Made by a program: the position numbers and the translations under genes. Under the pieces are notes generated by a model. The model had not been told where the DNA came from. It ran no database searches and was given only the letters and a program-made list of their open reading frames with translations. From the NCBI GenBank assembly GCA_046052125.1, contig JBJOMY010000004.1, positions 96,001 through 160,000 on the forward strand: a DNA stretch of 64,000 bases, given 5' to 3'. Shown here in pieces: positions 1 to 9,453 of the stretch (positions are counted from its first letter, which is position 1; every line of letters starts with the position of its first letter). This stretch comes from Cyanobacteriota bacterium. Lineage in GTDB: Bacteria > Cyanobacteriota > Cyanobacteriia > PCC-6307 > Cyanobiaceae.

Positions 1-717
1 CTGAGGAGTGGCCGTTTCGAGCGGGCCCTCCTCGCAGAGCAGCCGATAGGCCTTTTCGGTGCGGTCCCAGCGGTTGTCACGATCCATGGCCCAGTAGCGG
101 CCGCAGATCGTGCTGATCCGGCCCACGCCAGCGGAGTCGATCTGCTCCTGAATGGTGAGCAGAAAACCGGGTGCGCTCTCGGTGGGTGTGTCGCGCCCGT
201 CGGTGATCACGTGGACGCATACGTCCTTGAGGCCGCGGCTTGCCGCCCACTGGAGCAGCCCGCCCAAGTGGGTGATGTGGCTGTGCACTCCGCCGTCGGA
301 GCAGAGGCCGATCAGGTGGAGGGTTTTGCCGTTGGCCACCAGATGGTCGGCCAGGGCGTTGATTTCGGGGTTGTCGTTGAGGCTGCCGTCGCGCACCGCC
401 TGGCTGATCCGCACGAGCTCCTGGCGGATGACCCGGCCAGCACCGATGGTGAGGTGCCCCACTTCCGAATTGCCCATTTGATCGTCGGGCAGGCCCACAT
501 CGGCGCCGCTCGCTTCAATCAGGGTGTGGGGATAGGCATGCCACAGGGCATCCATCACCGGTGTTTTGGCGGCCCGAATGGCGTTGTGGGCATCCTCGTG
601 GCGATAGCCCCAGCCATCGAGGATGCAGAGAACAACGGGAGCGACTGAGCCTCTCTGGGCGCCGGGACCCGAGGAACCTGAAGGCTTGCCGTGCTCGGTC
701 GACGGTACAGCTGTCAC
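1..717 (-). CDS. gpmI: 2,3-bisphosphoglycerate-independent phosphoglycerate mutase (3' part outside window)
   Basis: Not in the ORF track because it runs off the window. Minus-strand translation from GTG 717 gives ...[15 protein letters not shown]...[17 protein letters not shown]...SDGGVHSH...ITDGRDT, the iPGM signatures. Start codon inferred. Confidence 0.93.
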   Translation of the reverse strand, partial: MTAVPSTEHGKPSGSSGPGAQRGSVAPVVLCILDGWGYRHEDAHNAIRAAKTPVMDALWHAYPHTLIEASGADVGLPDDQMGNSEVGHLTIGAGRVIRQELVRISQAVRDGSLNDNPEINALADHLVANGKTLHLIGLCSDGGVHSHITHLGGLLQWAASRGLKDVCVHVITDGRDTPTESAPGFLLTIQEQIDSAGVGRISTICGRYWAMDRDNRWDRTEKAYRLLCEEGPLETATPQ

Positions 718-857
718 CCGGTAAACCCTGCCTCTCCGCAACACCTGCTCGGTCCAACCTACCCTGCGCCCCGGGCTGATCCAGCCTTGATCCCGAGTGC
801 GTCAGCTTTTGGCTACACCGGCTGATCCCGGTACGATCACCGCCCGCCAGCTGTCGT

Positions 858-1397
858 ATGTCTGCCGATCGTGTGGAGATCCTCTCGGCTGACGAGCTGG
901 GACGGACCCTGAACCGCCTGGCCTCTCAGGTGCTGGAAAGCGTGGCGGACAGTCGCCAGCTGGTGCTGGTGGGCATTCCCACGCGGGGCGTGGCCCTGGC
1001 CGAGGTGCTGGCTCAGAAGCTCGAACAGCTCTGCGGCCATCCGATCGCCTGCGGCAGGCTCGATCCCACGTTTCACCGGGATGACCTAGAGCGCATCGGC
1101 ACCCGGCTCAGCACGCCCACCCAATTACCGGCAGATCTCGAAGGCCGTGATCTGGTGCTGGTGGACGACGTGATCTTTACGGGCCGCACCGTGCGGGCGG
1201 CTCTCGAGGCCTTGCAAGCCTGGGGACGGCCCCATCGGGTGCGCCTGCTGGTGATGGTGGATCGCGGTCACCGCGAATTGCCGATCCAGCCCGATTTCTG
1301 TGGCCGTGTCGTTCCCACCAGTCGCCAGGAGCTGATTGCTCTCTGCCTGCAGTCGATTGATCAGGAGGAGGGTGTCTTCCTGATCAAGGAGAGCTGA
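858..1397 (+). CDS. pyrR: Bifunctional pyrimidine regulator / uracil phosphoribosyltransferase PyrR
   Basis: GIPTRGV, FHRDDL, PRPP-binding loop LVDDVIFTGRTVRAAL, VDRGHRELPIQPDF. Confidence 0.95.
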   Translation: MSADRVEILSADELGRTLNRLASQVLESVADSRQLVLVGIPTRGVALAEVLAQKLEQLCGHPIACGRLDPTFHRDDLERIGTRLSTPTQLPADLEGRDLVLVDDVIFTGRTVRAALEALQAWGRPHRVRLLVMVDRGHRELPIQPDFCGRVVPTSRQELIALCLQSIDQEEGVFLIKES

Positions 1398-1423
1398 GCA
1401 CAGCCAGCCCAGCCAAGCGCCGC

Positions 1424-1642
1424 TTAAACCGCTTCGAGTTCGTCGTTGCGGAAGTGGGCGCGGAAGCGGCCGAAGGCCACGATCACCGGCATGGTCGGGC
1501 TGATCGTGCGGCCTTTGTAGTCGTTCAGCACCTGAAACACCTCACCCTGCTGGCCCTTGAGATCGAAGGCCTGGCCGCGGTGCTCGGGGTGGTGATACAC
1601 CACCACGCTCTGACTGACCCTGACCTGATCGCCTGCCTGCAT
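1424..1642 (-). CDS. ftrV: Ferredoxin-thioredoxin reductase variable chain
   Basis: 72 aa; GDQVRV...VVYHHPEHRGQAFDLKG...FRAHF..DELE matches the FTR variable subunit. Confidence 0.9.
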   Translation of the reverse strand: MQAGDQVRVSQSVVVYHHPEHRGQAFDLKGQQGEVFQVLNDYKGRTISPTMPVIVAFGRFRAHFRNDELEAV

Positions 1643-1682
1643 CGAGAGTGTTGGGGATGGCGCACCATCCTGTCACGCGTGA

Positions 1683-2516
1683 TCAGCGCCTGCAGGCGGT
1701 CTCTGGACCTGCCTCCACCACGCGGCCGCCGAGTTCCTTGCAGGCGGAGCTGAAGGCCTGCCAGTCGTCGGCTCCAGCCGCCAGCTTCTTGGAGATCAGG
1801 TCATTGAGCCGCTCCGCTGGCACATTCGATTCGAGATCCGAGCCGTGGGAGCTGTGATGGGCTGCTTCGGAGGAGCGCAGGCCCTCGATGCCCTGCTCCA
1901 CTTGGCGCCGTAACGCCTGGGTGTGCTGCTTCCACCAGGGGTGTTCGATGCGGTTGAGGGCATCGAGGGCTTCCCACCAGCGTTTTTGAGGGATCAGCTG
2001 AGCGGCCCGTTCCTTCAGGAAGCGCTGGCGGTTCCAGTCTTCGTTCAGTTGATCCCCGAGCGCGGTGCCGTTGGTGTTGTGGCGGGCATTCAGGGCGCCG
2101 AGGATCTGCAGGGCCTGCTCCAGTTTCCCGTCGCGATAGAGGCTGAGGGCCCGGGTTTCCAGCTGCTGTTGCCAGCTGATCAGTTGCTGCTGATCCTCCG
2201 GGGTGCTCGTGCCGGAGTTCACGAGTTGCAGTTGCAGCTTCAGCGCTTCAGCCCAGTCTTCCTGCCGCCAGAGCTCTTGGGCTTTGAGGCGGCGGCAGCG
2301 GCTCTGCTCGAGTGGAGCCTTGCCCCCCAGCCAGCGCAGGGCTGCCAATTGCTCGCCGTAGCGAAGGCAGTCGTCGAGCCTGCCCTGCTGCGCGGCCCGC
2401 TCGAGCTGGCGGGGCAGTTGCTTCTCCCACCAGTAGGCCGATCCCACTCCGGCGGCAACGAGCCCGAGCGTGAGCACCAGCCAGAAGCGAGGAAGCCGGT
2501 GCCGGCGAATGGCCAA
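1683..2516 (-). CDS. Hypothetical membrane-anchored helical protein
   Basis: 277-aa ORF with an N-terminal hydrophobic segment (FWLVLTLGLVAAGVGSAYWW) and TPR-like helical composition. Confidence 0.75.
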   Translation of the reverse strand: MAIRRHRLPRFWLVLTLGLVAAGVGSAYWWEKQLPRQLERAAQQGRLDDCLRYGEQLAALRWLGGKAPLEQSRCRRLKAQELWRQEDWAEALKLQLQLVNSGTSTPEDQQQLISWQQQLETRALSLYRDGKLEQALQILGALNARHNTNGTALGDQLNEDWNRQRFLKERAAQLIPQKRWWEALDALNRIEHPWWKQHTQALRRQVEQGIEGLRSSEAAHHSSHGSDLESNVPAERLNDLISKKLAAGADDWQAFSSACKELGGRVVEAGPETACRR

Positions 2517-2614
2517 GGGGGGTGGAGGCGATCTACTGCGTCCGTTCTATGGATCGATCTCCCCCGGATCACGATCCCGGGGGCAGCACGCCATCCGTCA
2601 CGTCAGGGATCAGC

Positions 2615-4204
2615 TCAGCGCACGCTGCCAAGCCGGCGGCTTGGGATCTCCTGGTCGTTTAACAGGTCTTGGCCTTCCACCAGCAACTCCCCTTGGGCGT
2701 TGATCGAGAAGCGCAATTCCAGCCGGTCGGCTCCTGGCTCTCCTGCCGGTGCCAAGGGAATGGCAGCAGGCTGCGCGGCCCAGGCGTCCACGGCGGCGCT
2801 GCCAGCGGATTGGCGCCGCAACACGGGCAGCCCGTTCACGAACACCACTTCGCTGCGCTGCTCCTCTTGCGGCTCCCCCAGCACCAGCTCCAAATCGGCT
2901 TGGTCATTGCGGCTGCAGCCCAGGCGCAACTGCAGGGGTTGTTCACTGGGCCAGGGCTGCCCCGGCAGAAACAGGGGGTGCCAGCGGTGCTCAGCGCTGC
3001 GTTGATCCCAGCAGCGCAAGGCCACCCCCCGTCGCAGCACATCCCGCACCACCACGCCCGGTGTGAGACGCAGCGCTCCAAGGGCCACCGCTTCCACGGG
3101 GCGCTCACCGCGCAGCGGCACATGCGGAAGCCGCTCTTGAAGCCAGCTGCGGATCAGTGGCACCCGGCTGCATCCGCCCACGGGCAGGACGGCGTCAATG
3201 TCCTGCTCACCCACGCCGCAGGCTCGGGCTGAGGCCAACACCTGCTCCAGCAGTTCATCCAGTAGCTGCAACAGCTGCTGCTTCTGCAGCAGTTCTTCGA
3301 GTTGGCTGCGGCTGAGGCGTAATTCCAGGGGGGCGGCGTTCGTTTCCGGGCACCAGAGCACCAGCGCATCGGTGGCATCGCTCAGTTGACACTTCAGGCG
3401 CTCACAGCAGCTCAACAGGCTCGGCTCGCTCGGATCCAGCCCGCCTGCCGCATCGAGCTGTTCCAGGAGGCTGGCGGCGATCCAGCGATCCAGGTCGCGG
3501 CCGCCCAGGGCCAGGCCGGCCTTGCCCAGCACCCTGGCGGTGCGCAGGCTCTGGCGACTGCCGCTGAGATCGCGGCCGCCGAAGCGCAGGAGCTGCGCGA
3601 TCGGTGCGGCCTTGCCCTCCCCGCCTTCGAGGGCTACCAGGGAAAAGTCGGTGGTGCCGCCGCCTAAATCGATCACCAACACCCGGCTGCCGGCGGGAAG
3701 CCCCGCGCCGATGGCCGCGGCGGTGGGCTCATCCACAAGGGCGATTTCCGGAACTTCCAAGCGGCTGGTGGCCTCCAGCAACCACTCGCGATAGCCCCGG
3801 TAGCTGTCAATCGGTGCGGTGAGCACCAGGCGCTGGGGGTTCAGTTGCTCCGGCAGCCGTTGCCAGATTTGCTCGAGGAGAAGCTGTCCGCTCTGCTCAG
3901 GACTGAGCAGACTGCTGCCCTGCTCAGGGGCAGAGGCCCAAGCAGCACCGGCGCCGATCCAGCGCTTGAAATCACGATGAAGGCCGGCGCCGCCCTGCTC
4001 CAGCAGGCCCGCTTCGATCACCTGGCGACCGATCAGCGGTTGGCTGGAGCTGGCTTCGCTGAGCCAGATCAGGCTGGGCACCACTGCCGGGTCGTGGGTG
4101 CTGATTGGGGCCAGCTCCATCAGCTGAGGGCTGGCGTCGCCAGGGCCCTGGTAGGCCACCACCGTGGTGGTGCTGCCCAGGTCGATGGCGAGGGTGCCAG
4201 CCAT
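2615..4204 (-). CDS. Hsp70-family protein (atypical DnaK-like)
   Basis: IDLGSTTT, VDEPTAAA, IDLGGGTTD, LGGRDLD and VGGCSRVP ATPase motifs; ATG 4204 chosen as start. Confidence 0.88.
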   Translation of the reverse strand: MAGTLAIDLGSTTTVVAYQGPGDASPQLMELAPISTHDPAVVPSLIWLSEASSSQPLIGRQVIEAGLLEQGGAGLHRDFKRWIGAGAAWASAPEQGSSLLSPEQSGQLLLEQIWQRLPEQLNPQRLVLTAPIDSYRGYREWLLEATSRLEVPEIALVDEPTAAAIGAGLPAGSRVLVIDLGGGTTDFSLVALEGGEGKAAPIAQLLRFGGRDLSGSRQSLRTARVLGKAGLALGGRDLDRWIAASLLEQLDAAGGLDPSEPSLLSCCERLKCQLSDATDALVLWCPETNAAPLELRLSRSQLEELLQKQQLLQLLDELLEQVLASARACGVGEQDIDAVLPVGGCSRVPLIRSWLQERLPHVPLRGERPVEAVALGALRLTPGVVVRDVLRRGVALRCWDQRSAEHRWHPLFLPGQPWPSEQPLQLRLGCSRNDQADLELVLGEPQEEQRSEVVFVNGLPVLRRQSAGSAAVDAWAAQPAAIPLAPAGEPGADRLELRFSINAQGELLVEGQDLLNDQEIPSRRLGSVR

Positions 4205-4286
4205 GCTCGAAAGCTGAAGGGAAAACACTGCCCATGAGCGTGGCGCAGTTCAGCGCTTCATGGTGAGACCAGTGGGTCTACGGGCC

Positions 4287-4592
4287 ATGGAGCGGACGTT
4301 GCTGACGGTGTTGTCGTTTTACCGGGAGGATCCCGATCAGCTTCGCCGGCTCGATCCCCTCTCGGCCTGTCGGGTGTCGCGCGGTTGGGCCGGCCTTCGC
4401 ATTGAGTGCCGCGACCCTGCCCATCGCAAGGTGGTGTGCGGCGTCGTGGAGCTGCTGCGGCCGCCGCTGGAGGCCCTCGGATTGGCCCGCGAAATCCGTC
4501 TGCTGGCGCCAGGCGTCGAGCCGCTGGTGTTCCCCGTGAGCGTGCCGTTGTCACGCAACCTGCTGACCTACGATGGTTCGATTGGTGAGTAG
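4287..4592 (+). CDS. Hypothetical protein upstream of rpoZ
   Basis: ORF ends 3 nt before the rpoZ start; ATG 4287, alternative ATG 4260. Confidence 0.65.
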   Translation: MERTLLTVLSFYREDPDQLRRLDPLSACRVSRGWAGLRIECRDPAHRKVVCGVVELLRPPLEALGLAREIRLLAPGVEPLVFPVSVPLSRNLLTYDGSIGE

Positions 4593-4595
4593 GTC

Positions 4596-4826
4596 ATGTA
4601 TCTCGGCGTCAACGTCAGCCCCAAGGAGCTCGCTCAGCGCGCCGAGAGTCTGGTGCGTTACTCCAGCAACCGTTATCTCACCACCGTGCGCATTGCCTTC
4701 CGGGCCAAGCAGCGCCGCTTCGATGATTTCGATGGCCTGCTGGAGGATTCGATGGTGAAGCCCGTGCAGCGCGCCATCATCGAGCTCAGCGATGAGCAGG
4801 ACCAGCCCGATTTGCTGCCTGGCTGA
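4596..4826 (+). CDS. rpoZ: DNA-directed RNA polymerase subunit omega
   Basis: [19 protein letters not shown]...[13 protein letters not shown], cyanobacterial omega. Confidence 0.93.
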   Translation: MYLGVNVSPKELAQRAESLVRYSSNRYLTTVRIAFRAKQRRFDDFDGLLEDSMVKPVQRAIIELSDEQDQPDLLPG

Positions 4827-4839
4827 GCGCTGAGCCGCG

Positions 4840-5211
4840 GTGATCCAGAAAGAAGGAGAGGGTTGGCGATTGGCCTGGGATGGCAGCCGCCAACCCTTTT
4901 CTGTGTTGGTTGGCGGCGATGGCTGGGCTGCCGAGCTCACCCGAGAAGAGGCTGAGGCCCTGCGCAACGCCTTGGCCGATCTGGTGGCTCAGCACCGGGG
5001 TCTGATCGATCAGTTGATGGCGGAAGAGTCGATCGAGCTTGAGTTGGAGCGCGATCCTTGGTGGCTAGCGATCGAAGGGGATCGCAACGCCTGGTCGTTG
5101 CGGGTGATGCTCAGCCCCGCCCCTGGGCAGCGGGCCATGGAAGGCAGCTGGTCAACGGCGGCGGCCGGGCCCTTTAGCCAGGCTCTACAACAGCTGTTCG
5201 GCCAGCCGTGA
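4840..5211 (+). CDS. DUF1818-like conserved cyanobacterial protein
   Basis: EGEGWRLAWD...LVGGDGWAAELT...LMAEESIELELE pattern; directly follows rpoZ. Confidence 0.8.
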   Translation: MIQKEGEGWRLAWDGSRQPFSVLVGGDGWAAELTREEAEALRNALADLVAQHRGLIDQLMAEESIELELERDPWWLAIEGDRNAWSLRVMLSPAPGQRAMEGSWSTAAAGPFSQALQQLFGQP

Positions 5212-6052
5212 GTGCATGCAGGGCGCAGTAGTCGAGGGGATCAAGGCCAGCGGCCGTGGCCCGCTCCAGCAGGGCCGCCAGACCATCCAAGCCTTCGCTG
5301 TTGAGGCCGGCCTCTTGGGCTGAGGCGATGAACAGGTTCAGGTCCTTGCGCAGATGGGCTGTGGGGAAATTCGGATTGCTGTAGTTGGCACTCAGTTCCC
5401 GATCCAACTTCTTATCGAAGGTGGGGGCGTAGAGGGCGCTGCTGCGCAGCAGATCCATGAACGGCTCCACCGCCACGCCGCCCTGCTGCACCAGATGCAA
5501 CGACAGGCTGAAGGCGTGGGTGAGGCTGGCGATCAGTTGATTCAGGGCCTGCTTGGCGGTCATCGCACTGCCCACCTCTCCCAGGTGCACTGGGTTCTGG
5601 CTCAGTTGGCTCAGCACGGGCATGGCCTCCTGCACCAGCGCTGGTGCACCGCCCACCATCAGCTGCAGGCTGCCGTTCAGCGCTTCAGGCCGGCTGCCCA
5701 GCACTGGTGCTTCCAGGTACGTCCCCCCGCGTTCCTGAACGGCACCAGCCAGGGCCTGGCTCTCGGCAGGGCTGATGGTGCCGATCTGAATCACCCGGCG
5801 CCCCATCAGTTGGCGGTCCACCTGATCGAGCAGAACGTTGTGGGTGGTGGGGCCGTCGCTGAGCACCGTGATCAGCCAGTCCGCCTGGTTCGCGGCCTCC
5901 GCCGGCGTGGCGGCCCGATGGGCACCCAGCTCCTCGAGGGGAAGGCATCGCTCGGGGTTGCGGTTCCACACCGTCAGCCGTTCACCGCCAGCCAGCAGGC
6001 GAGTGGCGATGGCACTGCCAAGCAGGCCTGTGCCGAGAAGCGCGATCGTCAT
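5174..6052 (-). CDS. NAD(P)-dependent oxidoreductase, 3-hydroxyisobutyrate dehydrogenase family
   Basis: IALLGTGLLG Rossmann motif, VWNRN, EAPVLGS, FPTAHLRKDL; ATG 6052. Confidence 0.9.
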   Translation of the reverse strand: MTIALLGTGLLGSAIATRLLAGGERLTVWNRNPERCLPLEELGAHRAATPAEAANQADWLITVLSDGPTTHNVLLDQVDRQLMGRRVIQIGTISPAESQALAGAVQERGGTYLEAPVLGSRPEALNGSLQLMVGGAPALVQEAMPVLSQLSQNPVHLGEVGSAMTAKQALNQLIASLTHAFSLSLHLVQQGGVAVEPFMDLLRSSALYAPTFDKKLDRELSANYSNPNFPTAHLRKDLNLFIASAQEAGLNSEGLDGLAALLERATAAGLDPLDYCALHALTAGRTAVVEPG

Positions 6053-6173
6053 GGCTTCAGCATGCCTGAGCTGCTCCGCTGAGATTGCCCACGAGATTGG
6101 GCTGCTGATCAGCACTGCTGATCAGCCCTGTTCTCCCAACGCCACGCCCACTCTCCGCAGGTTTTTGCACGTT

Positions 6174-6182
6174 TTTTCCACA
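6174..6182 (+). promoter_or_regulatory. DnaA box (cyanobacterial consensus TTTTCCACA)
   Basis: Exact TTTTCCACA in a ~370-bp intergenic region, with degenerate copies nearby. Confidence 0.45.
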
Positions 6183-6425
6183 GGTCTGGGCCCTTGCATC
6201 GGGCTGTGGGGTCGGTTCTGGGGAGAACGCCCACGTTGCCGGATTTCCCGTTGACAGGCGCTGGGCGGTTGAACAGCCGCGGCGCTCGGAGCGCTGTCGG
6301 CGCACCGGGATTGCCGACGAGACCTGGGGTCTTGCCATGAGAAGCCCTGGGAAAACGGCGTTGTGGCTCCGGTTGACCGCCGCCGCCTGCTGTGGGGAAC
6401 TGGATGGCGTTACGGGGTGATTGGG

Positions 6426-6653
6426 ATGGAGAGCGCGGGCACGGTGAGCATGCGGGCGGAGGTGCCCGAGCCCCTGCTGCAGTCGATGCAAGGCTTCATT
6501 GAGGCCCATCCCAACTGGGATCAATACCGCTTGTTCCAGGCCGCGTTGGCCGGATTTCTGGTGCAGAACGGTGTGCAGTCCCGTGCGATCACCCGCTGCT
6601 ATCTGGCCAACCTCTTTCCCCAGCAGCCGCGCTTCAGCGATCCGATCGCTTGA
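6426..6653 (+). CDS. DUF2811-like small conserved protein
   Basis: AEVPEPLLQSMQGFIEAHPNWDQYRLFQAALAGFLVQNG; ATG 6426 chosen. Confidence 0.8.
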   Translation: MESAGTVSMRAEVPEPLLQSMQGFIEAHPNWDQYRLFQAALAGFLVQNGVQSRAITRCYLANLFPQQPRFSDPIA

Positions 6654-7413
6654 TCGAGCTGGTGGTGGTGAGTTCGGGGCGCAGCTGCCAGTAAGCCCCA
6701 GTCACGCTGGTGGTGATCAGCGGCAGCACCACCACCAGGCTCAACGCGGTGACCGCAATCCCGAGCCCTTCCAGCAAGGCTTCTGCGAGCAGCCCTGCCA
6801 GCAAGGGCAGCAGCAAGAGGGCGACGAGGTAACCACTGAGTTCGAGGAGGCCGGCCCAGTGATGCTCCAGCAGCCACACCCCCTGGCGGAACACCGCTGC
6901 GGTGCTCAAGCGCGTGTCCACCACCAGACACGGCCCGAACAGCTGGCTGAGGATCAGGGCACCCGCAGCGATCAGGCCCATTAAGGCTGGCACCACGCTC
7001 ATCGCTGGCAGTGCCAGCAGCAGCAGCGACCAGATCAGCCCGCTGATCAAGCCTGTTGCTGCCAGAGCCGCCACCAGAGCTCCGAGGCAGAGGCAGAGTC
7101 GCCCGCTGTGGCGACACGCCCCGGGGCTGAGCTCCTTCCAGCTGAGCGCTTGCCCCTGCGCCAGGCTTAGACCGGCCTGGGTGAAGCCTTCGATCATCCA
7201 GAGCAGGCTGCCGGCATAGAGCGCAATCCCCAGTAGGTGCAGGAGTGCGGCCAGCACCCCGCTGTCCACCTGCTCCGCCGCGGCGAACAGGGCCCAACCC
7301 AACAGATGTGCTCCGAGGGACACCAGGCTGAAGCCCAGCAGCAACGGTTGTTGCCGCAGGGCAGTCCAGCTCTGCCTGCAGGCTCTACGGCACTGCAGCC
7401 GAACCGCTTTCAC
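6634..7413 (-). CDS. Hypothetical integral membrane protein
   Basis: 259 aa with about 6 hydrophobic segments; start overlaps the EVE gene stop. Confidence 0.75.
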   Translation of the reverse strand: MKAVRLQCRRACRQSWTALRQQPLLLGFSLVSLGAHLLGWALFAAAEQVDSGVLAALLHLLGIALYAGSLLWMIEGFTQAGLSLAQGQALSWKELSPGACRHSGRLCLCLGALVAALAATGLISGLIWSLLLLALPAMSVVPALMGLIAAGALILSQLFGPCLVVDTRLSTAAVFRQGVWLLEHHWAGLLELSGYLVALLLLPLLAGLLAEALLEGLGIAVTALSLVVVLPLITTSVTGAYWQLRPELTTTSSIKRSDR

Positions 7414-7868
7414 AGAGGGCCGAGCAGCTCGAACAGCCGCTGGGCGCTGGCCTCTGGCACCGGCAGGATTGAAAGGCGGTTGCCATTGCGCACCACTGGC
7501 AACTCCTCAACGCTGAATTGCTCGCGCAACGCATCGAGGCTGAGCAGCTCGCCGAAGGTGCCCACGTAGCGCAGTCGCACACAGTCCCAGCGGGGCTTTT
7601 CGGGGCTCGATTTGGGGTCGAAGTATTTGTTGCTGGGGTCGAATTGGCTCGGGTCGGTGATGCCCGTTTCCACCACCTCCATCAGCCCAACGATGCCGGG
7701 TGGTTTGGCATTGGAGTGGTAAAAAAATGCCCGATCGCCGATGGCCATCGAGCGCATGAAGTTGCGGGCCTGGTAGTTGCGAATGCCGTCCCAGAGGGTG
7801 GTGCCTTCCTGCTGAAGATGCTGGATCCCGTACACATCGGGCTCACTTTTCATCAGCCAGTAGGCCAT
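7410..7868 (-). CDS. EVE domain protein
   Basis: YWLMKSEP...WDGIRNYQARNFMRSM..GDRAFFYHS...RLSILPV. Confidence 0.95.
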   Translation of the reverse strand: MAYWLMKSEPDVYGIQHLQQEGTTLWDGIRNYQARNFMRSMAIGDRAFFYHSNAKPPGIVGLMEVVETGITDPSQFDPSNKYFDPKSSPEKPRWDCVRLRYVGTFGELLSLDALREQFSVEELPVVRNGNRLSILPVPEASAQRLFELLGPL

Positions 7869-7925
7869 CGCAGCTCTTCGGGTGCGGCGAGGCTAGCGGC
7901 GCTGCCTCTGACGCTTGAGCCTGGG

Positions 7926-9299
7926 TCAGAAGCTCTGCACGAGCGCGCGGAAATGCTCGCCGCGGGCCTCGAAATCCTTGTATTGATCAAAGCTGGCGCA
8001 GGCCGGTGAGAGCAGGACTGCCCCGCAGCCGTGGTCCGCCGCCAGCTGTCGGGCCAGGGGCACGGCTTCCGCCAAGCCATCGACGCTGTGCACCAGGCCG
8101 CCGTAGTTGGCGTCCTTGAGCAGTTGTGCAAAAGCAGCTTGCGCTGCACCGAACAGCACCACGGCAGGGGCTTCCCGTTGCAACCCAGCGATCCAGCCAG
8201 TGGCGTCGCCCTGCTTGGCTTCGCCGCCCGCTAGCACCACCAGCGGGCCCTCCAGGGCGCGAAGAGCCACTTCAGCCGCGTCGTAATTGGTGGCTTTGCT
8301 GTCGTTGAACCAGGTCACCCCATTCAGTTCTCGGATGCGCTCAAGGCGGTGGGGCACGCCCGGGAAACTGCGCAGTGCGGCTTCCATCTGGGCGGGGCTC
8401 AGGCCCACCTCCAGGCCCACCGCAACCGCCATCAGCAGGTTCTGGCGGTTGTGGGCGCCAGGCATCGCCAGGGCCCTGGCATCCAGCAGCGCTCCGCTGG
8501 CGTCGCACACCTGATCCGCCTCGATCCACAACGCCGGCTCCAGCCCAGCCGCCAGGGCCGCTTCCCGGGAGCCGGCGGTGATCCAGCGGGCCTGATCCCA
8601 GCTGGCGGCGCGGTCTCGCAGATCGGGATCATCCCCATTGAGGATGCGTACGGCCGAGCGTTCCAACAGGCTGCGTTTGATGGCGCGGTAGTTGTCGAGG
8701 CTGCCGTGGCGCTCAAGGTGATCGGGGGTGAGGGTGGTCCACACCCCGATGCGCGGTGCGAGCTGGGGGGCGGATTCGATCTGGTAGCTGCTCAGTTCCA
8801 CCACCAACCAACTGGGCGCTGCTGCACCACCCCGAGCCAGTGCCAGCTCAGCCGCCGAGTAGCCCACGTTGCCGCACATCGGTGCATCCAATCCCGCCTG
8901 TTGCAGCAGGTGCGCCACCAGATGCGTCACGGTGGTTTTGCCGTTGGTGCCGGTGATGCCGATCCAGGGAACGTCTGCAGTGGCTTCCCAGGCGGTGGTG
9001 ATCTCTCCGTCGGTGCGAATGCCCTGCTGACGAATGCTCACCAGGGTGGGGTGATCCCAGCGGATGCCAGGGCTCACGATCACCCGCTCTGGTTGATTCG
9101 GCAGCGCCGCGAAGCTCTCGGGCTGAAGCGGGGTGTTCAGTTGCACGCTGATGCCTTCACCACGGAGGGTTTCAGCGCGTTGTTGAAGCTCCGGGCTGTC
9201 GCCGCTCTCGAGCACCAGCACCGCCTCGCCGCGCTGATGCAACAGCCTTGCCGCCCCCAGCCCTGATCGTCCAAGCCCCAGCACCACCTGCAAAGTCAT
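7926..9299 (-). CDS. murD: UDP-N-acetylmuramoyl-L-alanine--D-glutamate ligase
   Basis: GITGTNGKTTVT, ELSSYQ, NDSKATN, LLSPACASFDQY. Confidence 0.96.
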   Translation of the reverse strand: MTLQVVLGLGRSGLGAARLLHQRGEAVLVLESGDSPELQQRAETLRGEGISVQLNTPLQPESFAALPNQPERVIVSPGIRWDHPTLVSIRQQGIRTDGEITTAWEATADVPWIGITGTNGKTTVTHLVAHLLQQAGLDAPMCGNVGYSAAELALARGGAAAPSWLVVELSSYQIESAPQLAPRIGVWTTLTPDHLERHGSLDNYRAIKRSLLERSAVRILNGDDPDLRDRAASWDQARWITAGSREAALAAGLEPALWIEADQVCDASGALLDARALAMPGAHNRQNLLMAVAVGLEVGLSPAQMEAALRSFPGVPHRLERIRELNGVTWFNDSKATNYDAAEVALRALEGPLVVLAGGEAKQGDATGWIAGLQREAPAVVLFGAAQAAFAQLLKDANYGGLVHSVDGLAEAVPLARQLAADHGCGAVLLSPACASFDQYKDFEARGEHFRALVQSF

Positions 9300-9330
9300 G
9301 GCTTGCGGGAGGGCAGAAGCCTCAAGCGAA

Positions 9331-9402
9331 TGGGCGATACTGGAATCGAACCAGTGACTCCTACCGTGTCAAGGTAGTGCTCTACCTCTGAGCTAATCGC
9401 CC
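9331..9402 (-). tRNA. tRNA-Val(GAC)
   Basis: Minus strand GGGCGATTAGCTCAGAGGTAGAGCA-CTACC-TTGACAC-GGTAG-GAGTCACTGGTTCGATTCCAGTATCGCCCA; cloverleaf with anticodon GAC. Confidence 0.97.
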
Positions 9403-9453
9403 TCAGAGTGCCGTTCGGCCTAAGGAACCTAGCAGCCGAGATCGGCACCGGCT

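Noticed and set aside
718..857. PyrR-binding attenuator near pyrR (also checked upstream of pyrF)
   Set aside because: No conserved PyrR binding-loop sequence or U-tailed attenuator visible
9331..9402. tRNA-Val as a possible integration site
   Set aside because: Flanked directly by core genes; no integrase and no duplicated tRNA 3' end seen
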